From assembly GCA_949358305.1 (NCBI GenBank), contig OX442314.1, positions 10,726,001 through 10,790,000 of the forward strand: a stretch of 64,000 nt of DNA, given 5' to 3'. This DNA comes from Strigamia acuminata (lineage: Eukaryota). The position numbers and the translations under genes were made by a program. Each line of letters begins with the position of its first letter. The stretch's first letter is position 1. Below are positions 1 through 14,339 of this stretch, in pieces. The notes under the pieces are model-generated. The model was not told where the DNA came from, ran no database searches, and was given only the letters and a program-made list of their open reading frames with translations.

Positions 1-3000
1 GCACTCCGTTTGAAGAAACTAGATCAAACTAAGCCTTGTTTTTCAAACTAATGTTCAATATATCTGTGCACTTGCTGCTCAAATACTTTGGTAGCGCGTG
101 CAGGCCCGCGAATCGTGTCTGTGGTGGCTGAACCTATTCAAACTCAAACTCACACACGAGTAAATGTAGCATAACCCGGCCCTACAGTTTACGAGTGAAT
201 GGGCCTGTTCTAACAATGCCCCTCTACTCACTCACTGGCGCAGTCCATTGCCAAGAGGCGGTGCAGGATGGGAAATCCTACCGTCCCGAGATGGAAGTTT
301 TGGTCTTATCTAGTCCTTGGTTTTGTTATTCAAATGATTCAAATTGTGATTCTTTTTTTCCCTAATTTTTTTTTTAAGATTTATCTTTGAAAAAATAAAT
401 CAGATTGTACAAATGAACGTTCCATGTCAAATATTTGGTGAAATATTTCTCGTTTCTGAGTATTTCGACTGATTTAATGCTTTTTATCAGATAAGCGGCC
501 CTGAGTCAAGATAGATCGAATTCTCCTTGATAAAACTCGACTTTTTCTAACGGCGAATTTATAAATTAAAAACACCGGAAACGTTTAATATCTCGTTTTT
601 TTAATGGAATCATGCTCTTAAAAATGCATTTAACCCTGAACATGGTATTTGATGATGCGAACAAGTGTCATACGCGACCTCTATGAGTAATTTTGCGCAC
701 TTGATCAAACAATTTACTCATTCCGGGCAATGGTTGCCGGTTTACAAACACAAAGGATTAGCAAATCGCAGGAAATTGTGATCACCCACAGATTACCAGC
801 GGATATTTAACTTTACACGTATTTTTGTGACTCAGGTTTATTGCACTGCTATGGAAATGGTTGGTAATAAGCTTAATTGCTCAATGCCAGAAACATTGAG
901 TCTTCACATCCATCAGGCAGTCATGACGCCCCCTAGAATAGTGCACTAAAATTATTTTTCGCAAACTTATGTAAAATTTCATGCAAAATTTCTTTTTTTT
1001 TCTTTCTTTTTTTTCTTTTTGTAGTTCATTTTTGGATAATTTAACGCACCGGTAGATGAAGTGGGGCGCGGAAGATCGCCTTGCTTAAAAATGGGTTGCG
1101 ACGCTAAAAAGTTTGGGAACCCCTGTTCTAAGCAATTGGTCGATTTCTAAAAACCGTGACATTTTTACATCCCGAGAAAGTATTTTGGAACAGAGACAAA
1201 GCATCCAAAACCGGGACGTCTGGTCACCTTGAACACGGGGCCCCATTATCAGTGGCATAGCAAGAAGTCAATGGGCCCAAGTGCAAGTTGGGTTGATGGG
1301 CCCTTTAGCAGAGTCATACCTATAGGATTTTCTGTATTTTGCATGGGCCCCCTAAATGGTCTAAATGGTCTAAATCTGCCACTGTACAGACTTGCTCATA
1401 ACAAACTTCAATTATTAATCCTACCAAACCGATTCAACGTAGTCCTAACTCCCATTGGTTGACCCGGATTACGCCTAACTGTGGACTGTGCTCTACTATG
1501 CGGAAAAGTAGTTCTGTTTATTTTCAATGAATTTCAGTGTAAAAAGTGATTAGAATGATGGATTTTATTCATTTGGTAATAAATTATTTATTTCATTTGC
1601 TAAAGCTTCTCCCCTTTTAATCAATCAAACAATGTTAGCATAGTTTGTTAGTTTCATTTGGCAGATAAACAAAGGTTTAATTTTTTATTGGATCTTTTAT
1701 ATAGTTATAAGCTTATAACAATTCTGCTGTTATGGGTTACTTTTTTGTGCCACTAAACCAGTGATACGACTCAACCAATTGGAGTTAGGACTACGTTGTA
1801 TCTGTTTGGAGTATAGTTACCACACATTGCTAGACAAGATCGGTAATTTTTGCCTTCTTTTATTCAGGGAAAAAAATTACAGTTATGTTACTGTATTTTT
1901 TAACTCTTTGATCTACCATGGCTGTGGGAAGGTTAGACAAACCTTGCATTTCGCCGAGTCTAATCTCCTTTTAATGTCAAACCGCCCACTCAAAAGATCG
2001 TTTGACAAAGGGGTTTTAATGAATGTAACGATCTAAATTACACTTAGCAATGGAATCGATTGTGGACTGAAGCAGACATGAATGTCAAACATCCCTTCAA
2101 ATCCACTGACGTTAAAGCCGTTAGAGTCGGAAATTTGGAAATAAAATGCGAAAACAAATGGCAATCTTATTTATTTATGCGTTAAGTGCATCGCAAAGGT
2201 CAAAGTTGATGTTGGGAATGCTCATTCGTGATGGGAGAGCCGTTTCCAAACCCCGCCCTCTTTAATTCGTATCTTTGTATTTTATTTGCAGTCACCTACT
2301 GTGTGGTACCATAAATTCTTCAAATCATCTACTTAAGCCCGTTTTTCCCATGAAAAATTCATGTAATTTTATTAAGATGCATTCAGGCAAGAAGCATTTG
2401 CATTCATCAACATAGTCGTGATAATTTCATTATGTTCAAGTCTCAATTTAATTTTCAGCATAAGGATTTTCTGGCAACGTCTGCTACCAAGGGAAAATAA
2501 CATCCGACTGACTAAACAACCACATGATCGCAGAATCAAAAGCCTCTGGTAGAAAATTGATTTTTTTTAGATGTTTAACCAAATCTTTAAAATTACCTAC
2601 CCTAACCTGTCCTAACCACAATCCACAAATCAGAGATGTGCATTGGCATAAAAACCGTACCCGTTAACCGCCCGTTACCCGTCTCCAATAAAATTCTGTA
2701 CCCGTACCCGCCCGTACCCGCCCGTACCCGAAGCATCCCCACACCCTATGCTACCCGTACACGCAATCACGTGTGCTTACTGATCGATTGCGATGAAATC
2801 ATCAATCGCAAAAACATTAAATCGTCCAACTTGGACAGTACGTACATCGTACATATTTAATTTACAATGTTAGCACCGGTAGACCACTTTCTGCTTCCAG
2901 GAGAAGAAAATAATTTGCTCCTTACCAACCTAACTTCTTCTAACCCATCTAACCTGGCAGTAGATACTTTGTGCCTGAGAAAACTCCCTTTTAACCAGAA

Positions 3001-4361
3001 ATTTGAACCGGGGTCCTTTTCGTGTGCATTTTGAAACAATTTTTTCCCGTCAACTCAATTCATTCTGAAAATACCACACAATGGAAGCATCCCCAGAATA
3101 GAAAGCAAACAAATCTATTAAGTTAGGAAGAAGGTTTGACACTTGAACTGAAATGGATTGTCTCCCACACTCCAATGCCTCAAAGCCCTCTGCACCCATA
3201 TTTTGACATGTTGTCTGTTCACATCGTTGGATAGATACAAAATCACGTGTGATATATCGAAAGCAGTCGACCCACTTCACTGAATCCGCCACTGTTGCAA
3301 ACATGTCACATCTAATGTGTAGGAAATACAGTGGCAAGTCAACCCCAATAGGATACAATGAAAGTGGATCGATTGACTGGTGTTGGGTATCAATGTTTTA
3401 ATCAATTTTATTCAGGTCTGCTCCAATAGGGTATTCTGCGACGTTGTGTTTTTGGTCATGTTAGAGACCCGCCCAAATAAAACGTAGATCCCGGATATTT
3501 ATGCAAAATAAAATTTGTTTTATGCGCATAAAATATGCACTAAAAATTCCTCTGGTGTCTGTTTTTGGCGAAGTCCTCAGTTTTCCGAATGCAAGCATAT
3601 GTACACGACACATGTCTTTAAAAAAAGGCAAAAATTGATACGTACATATCATTAGAAAAAAAGACAAATTGCCGTTTTTTCCGGAAAAATGGCAATTTAT
3701 GGATTTATTTTCGCATTTTTGGAAAATATGTATTTATAGCCAATTTTGGATTTATATTGAATAAAAATAATTGCTATGCATTTATGCATTTATCCGGGTC
3801 CTATACGTAAATCCGGCCCTGTGTAAACATGCCTTTTTACACACACCAGGGGTCCCCTCGATTTCATTAGCACCCCCTAACCTGTGACAACCTTGAGTTG
3901 GGCACAAAATGAACAATAGGTGGGAATGGACTTAATTTTATTAATTAGTTATACAAGAAAAAAGGCAACTACCAACGATTCTGAGGTATGGACAACAGGG
4001 AATTGAATCCCAGCCCTCCTGACTGCCAGTCAGGTGCAATATAATGAGGTTCAAAAATTCATAATTCATAAGTTATTTTTAACTAGTTTCATATTATCTT
4101 CACTATCTCAATCTTCATTGATCATATTATGAGAAACTTTGTACTCTTATTAGTTGGAAACTTTGTATCCTAAGGGAATAGTTAATTGTGCCATGTGGAA
4201 TCCAATGTAGACACCTAGTAATATTGGGAACATCACTTTCGATCCGAAGAGGGCAAACACTCAATCCAAGAGGGAACCTTAATATTCATTCAAGTAAGGC
4301 AAAAACAGGCTAATGCAGGAGACTGGTCCCTTCTTGGAGTCCAATTTGTTCATATAAAATA

Positions 4362-4626
4362 CCGTATTTTACCGATTAAGAGTAGCCCTCGAATTGTAGC
4401 CGCCCTCGAATAGTAGCCGCGGCTGAGACACCAAGAATACCATATTTTTACAAAAGTACGGTATTGTTTCCGTATTTAACCTCGCAAACGATGAACGTAC
4501 GCTTCGTTCGTGACATTCAGACTTCGTTTCTTACATTAAACAAATGTAACAAACGAAAAACCCGAAATTGCTGACAAAAATGGCAGTTTTGAATAAGAGC
4601 CGCGGTTCTTAATCGATAAAATACGG
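4362..4626. mobile_element. Tc1/mariner(pogo)-type MITE
   Basis: TIRs CCGTATTTTACCGATTAAGA ... TCTTAATCGATAAAATACGG flanked by TA on both sides; no coding capacity. Confidence 0.65.
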
Positions 4627-4874
4627 TAAGTTTTTTATTATATTTTTTATTAGATATTAGAAATACGTACAGCCTAAACCCATGATGTGAAGTTGATTGA
4701 GTGACATCATTTAAATGTCAATTTGTCACAACACATCAGTGAGTTTTTGCACCACCTGGTGGATACAGCCAAAAACGCTCATTCTGCAGGTGAGCTTCAA
4801 GCTGGACTGGGACGATATTTGTGACGACGACTATACTGTACTGTAGTACCGTAAACCCAAAAGCACATCAATAT

Positions 4875-4947
4875 CAAGGGCGGATTCCAAAAATTTTAGG
4901 GGGAGGGACATGGCCCCCACGCCCCTCCCCACCTCGATCCGCCCTTG
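4875..4947. mobile_element. Tiny hAT-type MITE
   Basis: TIRs CAAGGGCGGAT ... ATCCGCCCTTG; near-perfect 8-bp TSD ATCAATAT/ATCAATAA. Confidence 0.6.
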
Positions 4948-6028
4948 ATCAATAAGAGCATGGGTTTTGTGCTCTGCCTGGTGCCAGACACACTAACTTA
5001 CTTAAAGGTTGCTGCAAATGTGAAGTTCAAATTTTTAAAATTTTGTAGTTTGTTAGTAACTAGAGAACCCCCAATGTACATCATGCCCAATCACTGAGCC
5101 CCAGGGTTCCGCAGAGTTTAAAAAACGCCAAGTTAGCATAATCTTCCATTTTCTAATGATTACAAGTAATCACCCTCCATTCTGACTCTAACTAACTCTT
5201 ATCAAGCATTGTTGATGATTCTAAAATTGGCACTGGAGGGCCACTGCTCCCCAAGATAAGACCAACAAAAACATATATAAACTACCCCAGAGTAAACTAC
5301 CTGAAATAGATTTGAAATTTCTCCAAAAATCCACTCAGTTTGCAGTTTTCCCCCAATAAACTCCACCTCCCACTGTTTACATAACAACACCATTTAAATA
5401 ATGCTCAAAAATGGCTTCTTTTATGCCCTCATTTCCCTCCTCTCCCTGTAATTAAAATTACTTATCACTTCCTCCACTGTACAGGAAGTTCTATACCCAA
5501 CATTTGAGTCAGACATCAAAAAAGAATTAATGCTTTTTAAGACCACTTAACTCCCATCTCCCTCCACCACCTCCCTCTTCTCCCCACTTCCAGAATTGAG
5601 TATTTGGAGCACAATAAGAGAGAAAGAGAAGAAAAAAGTTATCAAAAATCACTTGTAGAGTGTTAAGGAGGGACGAGGGAGTATTTTTATGATGGCGTCA
5701 CACGTTTTATCTCGGAATCAAACACAGCAAGAATAACACACACAGTGTGCACATGCGTGTCAAGCAGACGCCGATTCCACTAAAAATAAATCGTTTGAAT
5801 GAGAGCCTTCAACACGGTCAGAAAGCACATGGGAAAGCACTTGAGGAAAAGCCCAAATCTTGAGTAGAACGAGTGCAAACCCCTTTTCATTCAGATAAAC
5901 GGGGGCACATGGTCGCCGTACAATGTTTTTATAACATAAACTGCACATGTGCGCTGTATTTACAAGTTCGGCTTTAAATAACGGCCGTGTTTTGCCTTTA
6001 AAGCGGCTTTTCCCAGCACAGTGGTGTA

Positions 6029-6270
6029 CGGGGTGTTTCGTTTAAGACGTTACAGTCAATTTCCAGAATAAGTATATGCTTTTTCAAAAAACCAAGTAGA
6101 CCAACGTACAGCAAAGTATGGATGACGAATCCAATGGTGTAATCAAATTTTATGCCAGACATGCAACAATGCAGTTTTCATGCGCTAACCCGTTAGCTGG
6201 TCGCGGTAAAGCAAAATTTCCAATTACAAAGTTGTAGAGCACCGTCAAATTGGTACTATATAATGATTTC
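6029..6270. mobile_element. Diverged partial relative of the Tc1-like MITE at 42498 and 53556
   Basis: Shares AATCCAATG..GT.ATCAAATTT and AATTACAAAGTTGTAGAGCACC.TCAAATT blocks with those elements. Confidence 0.5.
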
Positions 6271-8022
6271 CAAACACAACGAAGAAATATCATTCGGAAG
6301 GGTAAATTTGCAGTTATGAGTGGAATTTTTATGAGCGGGGACGAAAAAATGTAACTCCAAGGTTGGAATTCTTGTGCGGTAAATCGACGGTTTTATATTA
6401 ATCACCGGCGTCATGTGCAATTATTGTTAGTAATTCGCATTACTCAAATTTAAGCCCTTTGCACGGTATGAGTTATTCTTGTTATTCGAATTCAATCCAA
6501 ATGTGTCTTATGACAGGATGGGAGAGATGTTAAGAATGATTCACGAATGTAAACACTTCAGAGTTCCGTATTTTGTCTACAATTTGTATATATTTAAATT
6601 TAAAGCGACGTGCACTGCACACTTCTGGCACACTGAGGAATCGGAGTCTCGCATAGTTATTCATATTTATGCAACCAGTTTTCCATAAAAGACAGGCTTA
6701 TTAGGAAAACTAAATTCCAATTGTACGAGGTAGATTTTGGGCATTTTGTGCATTGAAAACTGCATGTAAACACCCGTCAAACCCATGCATGCACTGTTGG
6801 AATGATCGACAACCATTTTGTTGTTCCAGATAATCAAAATGCATTATGGGTAATCCATAAGTGACGGCAGAAAACTAATGTCATGGGTCACGATTAACCG
6901 GATAAATAAAATCTGAATTTTAACTTATCTGGACAACTGAGTACATGTAAACATGGTAACAGACAACAGTTTTCCGAAAAAGGAAAACATCGTTAATTTT
7001 CATTCAAAGACAATTCGGGGTCTATGGAGTCCGAGAGAGAGGCTTAGCTCGCCTACTGACCCTCTTTAACTTCTCTAGGTTGGAAACAACGACACTCTCG
7101 GCACTTCCTCCTCTTCGTCTTCCGCCTAACTGGGCTATCGGGCGAGCAATCCAGCGCTGAAAGTAACTTTATCGGTTCGCCTTGAAAACACTCATTTGCA
7201 CTCCATTTCGACACACCCTCATTAGAATTCAACAAGCTGCCGAAAGATCCGTTTAAGTCGTGCCTGAATGGGATATTAACAAGTGTATTCTAATCTTTCA
7301 TCTCAATTAAGATGAGAATGAGACTCGACTCGACTAAATTTGTTATTCTAATTTATAAATCATTAAATTACCAAAGAAGATTCGCAGAAAAAAAAGAAGG
7401 AAGAAAAATGTAGGTCAAGGATGGTTGAAACGAGGACATAAAGTGAAAAATTAATCGAATTATTGATTCAATAATGCTTGATCGATGTAAGATGTGGGGA
7501 TTGTTGTCGAATCGGTTGCGAAATGGAAATGTTTGGATTATTTTTGGCTTTTTAGTTGGCAAAATAAATGAAATTCATTGACATGTACTTGAGTTTAATG
7601 ATCTGTGACCAAAATGAAATAACACCCACGCCTTACTCCAGTTGTTGACCCCATCGTTAACAAATCATGAGAACGTATAATAAAAAAAATCTTTCAAGTT
7701 GTAAAAAAAAATGCTAAGATTATCATCAAATGGTTTTTTTTTTTTATTCCTTGTCATAACGGGTTGGAATTGAAAAATAGCCAGAATAAACAGTCGGATT
7801 AATGTTTTTTACGTGTGGTTGGTGGTTTTATGAGTGATGTTTATGGGGAAATTCAATAATGTTATGGAATAAAATTGTTGCAGGGAGTTATTACTGGTTT
7901 TACAACAGGAGAAAAAAAATTAATTGGGTTTGATCTATGTTATATTGAGCTATAGATACAAATAATTGGGTTGGAGAGTCAATTCTTGTGTTTTTATGGC
8001 CAAACGTTAATATTTCTTATCA

Positions 8023-8408
8023 AATTCGAACATTTTGTGATCAAATGTTGATATTTCTAACATTTTTATGGTTAAATGTTGAAATTTATTACAAAATTCG
8101 AACATTTTGTGGTTAAATGTTGATATTTCTAACATTTTTATGGTTAAATGTTGAAATTTATTACAAAATTCGAACATTTTGTAGTTAAATGTTGATATTT
8201 CTAACATTTTTATGATTAAATGTTGGAATTTATTACAAAATTCGAACATTTTGTGGTTAAATGTTGATATTTCTAACATTTTTATGGTTAAATGTTGGAA
8301 TTTATTACAAAATTCGAACATTTTGTGGTTAAATGTTGATATTTCTAACATTTTTATGGTTAATTGTTGGAATTTATTACAAAATTCGAACATTTTGTGG
8401 TTAAATGT
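8023..8408. repeat. 72-bp minisatellite, about 5.3 copies
   Basis: Unit AAAATTCGAACATTTTGTGGTTAAATGTTGATATTTCTAACATTTTTATGGTTAAATGTTG[AG]AATTTATTAC; explains the 24-aa periodic ORFs on both strands. Confidence 0.95.
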
Positions 8409-11400
8409 AAAGATTTCTCAGGAAAAGATAACTATTTCCTGTTGATTTCATACTTATTACATTATTTAATCTCCTAAAATCTCAATAAAAATCTAGGAAT
8501 TCATAAATCTTGTCAATAAATGATAAAAAATGATAAATTTTCACCACCCCCTAGAGAAAAACCGAGTGAAAAATGGCGGTATTTGAGTTTAATAACCCTT
8601 TCCTTACTTCATTCGCCAGAATTACCATCAAACCTCCAGAAAGATAGAAAAATTCTAAATTATCGACAGCTAAATATAAATCCAGTAAACCCAGTAGCCA
8701 AGAACAAAACGATGAAAATTATTCCCACTTAAATGATTAAATTCTCGTCTGACATTGATGACATAATAGCAATTATTACAATACATTAAAATCGGTGACC
8801 CTGAGACAGTTCCTCAGTTTCATGTCTCTTTAATCACATAATCAAACACGACCTTCACTTCCTCACATTTAAAAAAAAAATCCAAAAAAATCAAAACAAA
8901 TAAAATAAAATCTCAAAAACTCTAAAGTTCAAAACCCAAATCAATAAAAATCAATATAAAAAATAAATAAAATAAATATTTGTTCCACGTAAGTTATCAA
9001 CCTACGAAAAGTTGAAGCCCGATTCCTAGTAAGCGGGAAATATATTTATATATATAATAAAAAAACATACAACGACCTTAATTTTAGTCATGTGATTGAT
9101 TTGATCTCAATTACACAAATGGAACAACTTTCACTTTAAAAAAAATTTTAAAAAAAATTTTAAAAAATTAAAAAAATATCTTTTTTTTAATTTTTTAAAA
9201 TTTATAACTCAAAATATTAATTTAACAAAGCCATACCTGATTTACGAGACGTCTAAAAGCCGGAGTTTTAATGAAATTACGCGAATTACACCAAACTGGC
9301 AGAATTCCATTCGTTTCCAATAAACTCGCTTTGTGATGTTGGCAGTTTATCAAACAAGGCTGTCAAAGATGTTGAGAAAAAAAAACAATATAAATCCTCT
9401 TTTTCAGCACGGAATTACTGTTTTCCTAGTGATTACACAGTAAAAAATAATGAAAGAAATATATTTTCTTTTTTTCAAGGAGGCCACCAAGTTTGGTTGC
9501 GAGTAGGTGGTGATGGAGTTGGCATCGCAACCTACTCGGCCTCACAACTCACCTGCTCATTCGAGAAAAGCAAAACACCATGTTCCACGTGCCACATTCG
9601 TGCTTGGCTTTAGGCTGTAAACGTACGCAGTTCTTCTATTGATCGCCCACTGAACTGGGTAATGATAAGTAATCAATTGTCGTAGCTTGATAAGCTCGAA
9701 TGTTTGTAAACTAGAAATAAACGGAAACGGAAATGAATATTTATGTACAATTCATGATACAATCAGGATTGTATTGTATATTGTCAGTGATGTCGAGTGA
9801 TTTTGGATGGTTTTGTAGGTTTATTTTGGATTTTTTTGAAGTTTTTGCATTAAATTTTAAATTTTTTTTATTTGTTCAACCGTTAAATTCTTAAATTCGT
9901 GATTTTTTAAAACTTAAAACGGTTATTAATGTTTTATAGTCTATTTTATTCTAATCCATAGAGTATTTGAATCACGAAAACCAAGAAAAATAAATTACCA
10001 ACAGAAGAAAATATCAAAAATCTCACCAAAATTAATTCAACCGTGCCTCCATTATCCGCGATTCCATGTTTTCCTAGTTGCCTGAAAATCGATTAAGGCG
10101 CCATCCTGTGTTGAATTTTTGCGTTAGCTCCAGGAGCATATAATGCAAATGTACCAAAAACTGCTATTTTCCACGATTTTCTTCGATTTTCGACCAATAA
10201 ACTCCGAACTTACCACTTCATACCCCCAAAAAGGGCGATTGCGACAGATTCTGTTCGTTTTCAACGCCGATCAATTTCGAAATTTATTAAAACATACAAA
10301 ATTCATTCAACTAAAACTGTTCCGTTGTCCTATAATGTCTCCAATCAACAAAACCCAAACTAGTATTAAAAAATACATTCCCTAATCATCATTTCTCTGT
10401 AGACGGTAAATTTTTGCAGCTTCATTCAACTCATCCATTTGATTTGCAACTTTTGCAAGATTTTCCAACCCGTTTTGAAGATGTGGGCCGTCTAACTGGT
10501 TCCCGTTTTGCATTTGATTTTCCGCTAGATGGTTCAAGTTTTGCATGTGATTATCCCCTATCTGCAAGTTTTGGGTAGGAAATCAGTCCAGCTGGTTAAA
10601 TTCCACGGAAAATTGTCTTGGTTGAAATTAATGTTGTGGTCCTTGGCGACCGACATTCATTAACGCATTTCTCGTCTCCAGACTCTCCACCAATACATTT
10701 TGGCGCTGCCATCGATGCACCACCTCTCAATGGCGACGGTTTAGTAATATTCACATGAAGACAACTAAGCCGTCATCATTGCGATTCATCCAAATCATCA
10801 TATCAAATCGTGACTGGTAGTGTAAAATAAAAATAAATAACTATCAAAAGGGTACTTGATCACATTTTGTAAATAAATGTAACAATATTAATTTCAACCA
10901 AGACAAACTGTACTGCTTCCTATGCAAAACTTGCACATAGGGGGCAATCACATGTAAAATTTGAACCATCTATGGGAAAATCAAATGCAGAATCATCTGT
11001 GGAAAATCTATCTATCTGAATCTATCTGACTGCCAAATAGATGCCCATTTGAGAGTTATTTAATATTTAGTCACGATTTGGCATGACGAAATGCAGTTGC
11101 TGCAGAATGTGTCTAAAAGAAGCAGAAATTTGATTTCAATCAAGTATAATTCAAAAGAAATATAAATTCGCCTCGCCATAAATATACCAAATGAGAAACA
11201 CCAGTGCCACTGCCAATTCTGTTGTTTACTTGGAAAAGGGAATTTTTGCCACTGCAATGGCGCCCATTATTTGTAAATGTTCCTTGATCTTCATCGCCTT
11301 ACCTTAGAAAATAATATCAAATTTTATTTGCAATTCGAAAAAAAGACTTGAAACAATCAAAAATCACTACAATTTAAATTGCTTACGTCTGTTGTCGTTA

Positions 11401-11463
11401 GTGATTTTAATCAGTTAATAAAAAGGTAACGACATTCTAATGTGGTGGAATGGAATGAAATGA

Positions 11464-11493
11464 TGCACTACTCAGGCCTGGCTAGAGTTGCAA
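11464..11493 (+). promoter_or_regulatory. Conserved upstream motif of the tandem family (copy A)
   Basis: TGCACTACTCAGGCCTGGCTAGAGTTGCAA about 135 bp before the ATG; related motif upstream of all 8 full-length copies. Confidence 0.5.
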
Positions 11494-11598
11494 TGGTTAC
11501 AATGGTGACGTTTAATGTATGCGCTATGGACTCGAGTATTATTGTTATTGTTAACTGTTGGCAGTTTAAAAAACACAAATCTGTTGAAATTTTAAACC

Positions 11599-13647
11599 AT
11601 GAAGACCATTTTCGACTTACCGAGCCTAAAACATATTTCACTAGCGACCACTTCGGTTTTGCTATGGAAATATAACTTCGTAATTCAAAACAAATGCGAG
11701 AAAATGACCAAATTCAATCACCATCAGCAATGGTTAGACACCCAAGAAGCAATTTGTGAACTAGTGAAGCTTTTTGCGATTCCAAACCAGTTAAAACTGA
11801 CGCTGAGATCATTGGTTACGCACATCGGAAACCAGTTGTGGGATTTGCTTCAATTCGTCGTAACCCAAGACTTCAATGGCGCCATCTTTCTCGACGCAAA
11901 ATGTATGAACTCCATAATCGAATGCACTCAATGGACAATCCTCGGACAATTAGACGTGGCCAAAACAGCACGATTGCTTTCACACTCACAAAATTGGACG
12001 ATTGAATCAAGATTCGACATCGCGATCGTGTGTTGCATCGCTGACGTCATCGAGGATATTTGGAACGAACATGCCGACATTTTGAAAGAAAGGTTTGCCA
12101 AACAAAATGAATCGGACATGAAAAATATTCTGTATGAACACTGGAAATTGATTAAAATCGAGTCTTTAAACATCACTTTCGACGAAAAAGTCGAATTGTT
12201 TTGCCTGTCCATCGACCACAAAAACCAATGCGCCGTGGAGTACATTTGGTCACTCTTGAAACCGCACGAAAGAAATGCGCTCATCGGCTTGCTGGTTCAA
12301 AGCGACAGCAGATTGAACAAATTGATCGAACATTTCGGTTACGACCACAACAAATATTGTTTCTGCACTTTCGAGGCCGGCATCACACACTTTCTACTTG
12401 CTGAAATGGACGAACAGCAGATTACGACCGTTTTGTCTTCGGGATACGGATTGAAACCTGTCGCACCTTTGGTGAAATACTTTGAGCACTTGGACACATT
12501 CAAGTCCACGTCTAGTCGCATTGTAAACCTCATCGCATCGGGTGATGACTTTTACGACATAATCCGAAGGACTATTGAACCTCCGACGTGTTACCGACAC
12601 GTCAACTTGCCCATCATCGAGAATTATTTGATCGTTTTCTGGCTAAATGCTCCTGCCGAAGCGAGAAAATGTCATTTCGAGCATAAATATTCGTATGTGT
12701 ATCCATATTTATGCAAGAAACAAGATTTCGAGAATTTCGACTTATTGCTCAACAGTGCACGTGTCACAAACAGACGAAGGATTTTGTCCAGATCTATCGA
12801 ACAGATTCTTTGTGTCGAAAGAATTTGTTGCCGCTTCCCGTGGGATTTCCTGGAGTCGATTGCAAATAAATACATCACGACTGAGAGTGAAATGACAACT
12901 TTTAAAGTGCATTGTTCATACTTTGCGTACGATATATGTCGTAAGTTGCTCGACGACGAGTTTAACGAGAACAATTGGGCGCAACTCGACAGATATTTGA
13001 GGTTTTCATTTTCAAATGCGAGTGAAATGAGCATGGTTAAAAAGTCGATGCTGATTGGCCACTTCACGCATCGTCGGAGGGGATCCGTGTTGATCGACAG
13101 ATTTCGAAATTGGCTTCCCGAAACTGCTTCTGAAGGAATGAGTGACGTGGTTGCGTCCGACTTGGAAGAAAGTTTGTCTTCACTGTCGACTTATTTCCGG
13201 CAAGACTTGGAGACCGTTGTGTGGTGGTTGAACAACGCGATTGCAGCGCCAAGATTAAGACCGGTGTTGATTAGTTTTAATAAAATATGCGAGATTATCG
13301 ATGCTCGTGAGGCCGGGAAATTGGATGTGAATTTTTTGGAGCTTATTTGTCGAAGAAATATTTTGCCGGACGACGAAATTGTCGTATTCGGGGAATTTCG
13401 CAGTTGTCTCGCTTACAGTGTGTGTTGCTCGTTAAGCACGTTCAGTGATGAGTCGTCGGTGGAAGAGTTTGTCAATTTTTCTCGTGTTAATTTACACGAC
13501 GGTAGTTATTGCGTGAGGTATTTGTCGTTTTTCTGCTTGCTGAATGGCGGTTGTGTTGGAAACCTGTACAAGATGATGTTGATGTCGAGTGGTTATAGTC
13601 GAGAAGAAATAACAGATATAAGGACAACTTATGCAGTTTTTAATTGA
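11599..13647 (+). CDS. Tandem family copy A, 682 aa, uncharacterised; putative N-terminal BC-box/Cullin-box
   Basis: Intronless ORF paralogous to 7 others (LPSLKHI, WTI.GQLD..KTA, RF..A.VCCIADV.ED, C.VEY.WSL, C.CTFE.GI, KI.EIIDA.EAGKLD). Confidence 0.9.
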   Translation: MKTIFDLPSLKHISLATTSVLLWKYNFVIQNKCEKMTKFNHHQQWLDTQEAICELVKLFAIPNQLKLTLRSLVTHIGNQLWDLLQFVVTQDFNGAIFLDAKCMNSIIECTQWTILGQLDVAKTARLLSHSQNWTIESRFDIAIVCCIADVIEDIWNEHADILKERFAKQNESDMKNILYEHWKLIKIESLNITFDEKVELFCLSIDHKNQCAVEYIWSLLKPHERNALIGLLVQSDSRLNKLIEHFGYDHNKYCFCTFEAGITHFLLAEMDEQQITTVLSSGYGLKPVAPLVKYFEHLDTFKSTSSRIVNLIASGDDFYDIIRRTIEPPTCYRHVNLPIIENYLIVFWLNAPAEARKCHFEHKYSYVYPYLCKKQDFENFDLLLNSARVTNRRRILSRSIEQILCVERICCRFPWDFLESIANKYITTESEMTTFKVHCSYFAYDICRKLLDDEFNENNWAQLDRYLRFSFSNASEMSMVKKSMLIGHFTHRRRGSVLIDRFRNWLPETASEGMSDVVASDLEESLSSLSTYFRQDLETVVWWLNNAIAAPRLRPVLISFNKICEIIDAREAGKLDVNFLELICRRNILPDDEIVVFGEFRSCLAYSVCCSLSTFSDESSVEEFVNFSRVNLHDGSYCVRYLSFFCLLNGGCVGNLYKMMLMSSGYSREEITDIRTTYAVFN

Positions 13648-14339
13648 TGAACTGTAAATTTACAACCGTTTCTAAGAGACAAAATTTTTTAGATTTTTTT
13701 TTAGATGAATTTATGAAATGACTGTAGCTAATAAACATAAAATTTAATAAGTGACATGTCCCACATTCTTAATTTCAGCAAATTAACAAACCAGCGACTT
13801 GTTGATGCACAAAGCTAAGGCAACTTGTAATAAAATTAATGATAAATGTTATATTCCTAGACAGATTGATGGGAATGTATGTTTTTATTTTTATTTTAGT
13901 GCACATCAAGTTTGGTTCAATTTTTTTGTGATAAATTGCCAGGTTATGACACACTCAATTACAAGAAATAGTTTTAACGTCTTTAAATGATAATTCTAAT
14001 ACAGTGAAACCTATGATTTCCACAATAGATTTGATAACGATTAACGACGACTAATAAAATGTTCGGAGTGGTTAAACCTACAGAAATTCTGTAGGTTTAA
14101 CACGTGGTTAAACCTACAGAAATTCTGTGGAATTAACACGTGGTTAAACCTACAGAAATTCTGTGGAATTAACACGTGGTTATTTCCACAGAAAGCCTAT
14201 GTAAGTACATACATACATACATACATACATACATTCATACATACATACATACATACACACATACATACATATAATTATTTCTTTATTATTTTTATTAAGA
14301 GTTAAATTTTTAGAAACTTTTATTTTTAAACAATAATTA

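Noticed and set aside
2857..3358. Short minus-strand ORFs
   Set aside because: No recognisable domain; probably old transposon debris.
3486..3803. Possible MITE with TAG...CTA inverted ends
   Set aside because: Imperfect TIRs and no clear TSD.
5200..5700. Possible decayed LINE endonuclease on the minus strand
   Set aside because: Only vague similarity with many stops; not supportable without a search.
9479..9617. Possible exon (AG acceptor, HQVWLRVGGDG...)
   Set aside because: In-frame stop, no partner exons, weak similarity to anything known.
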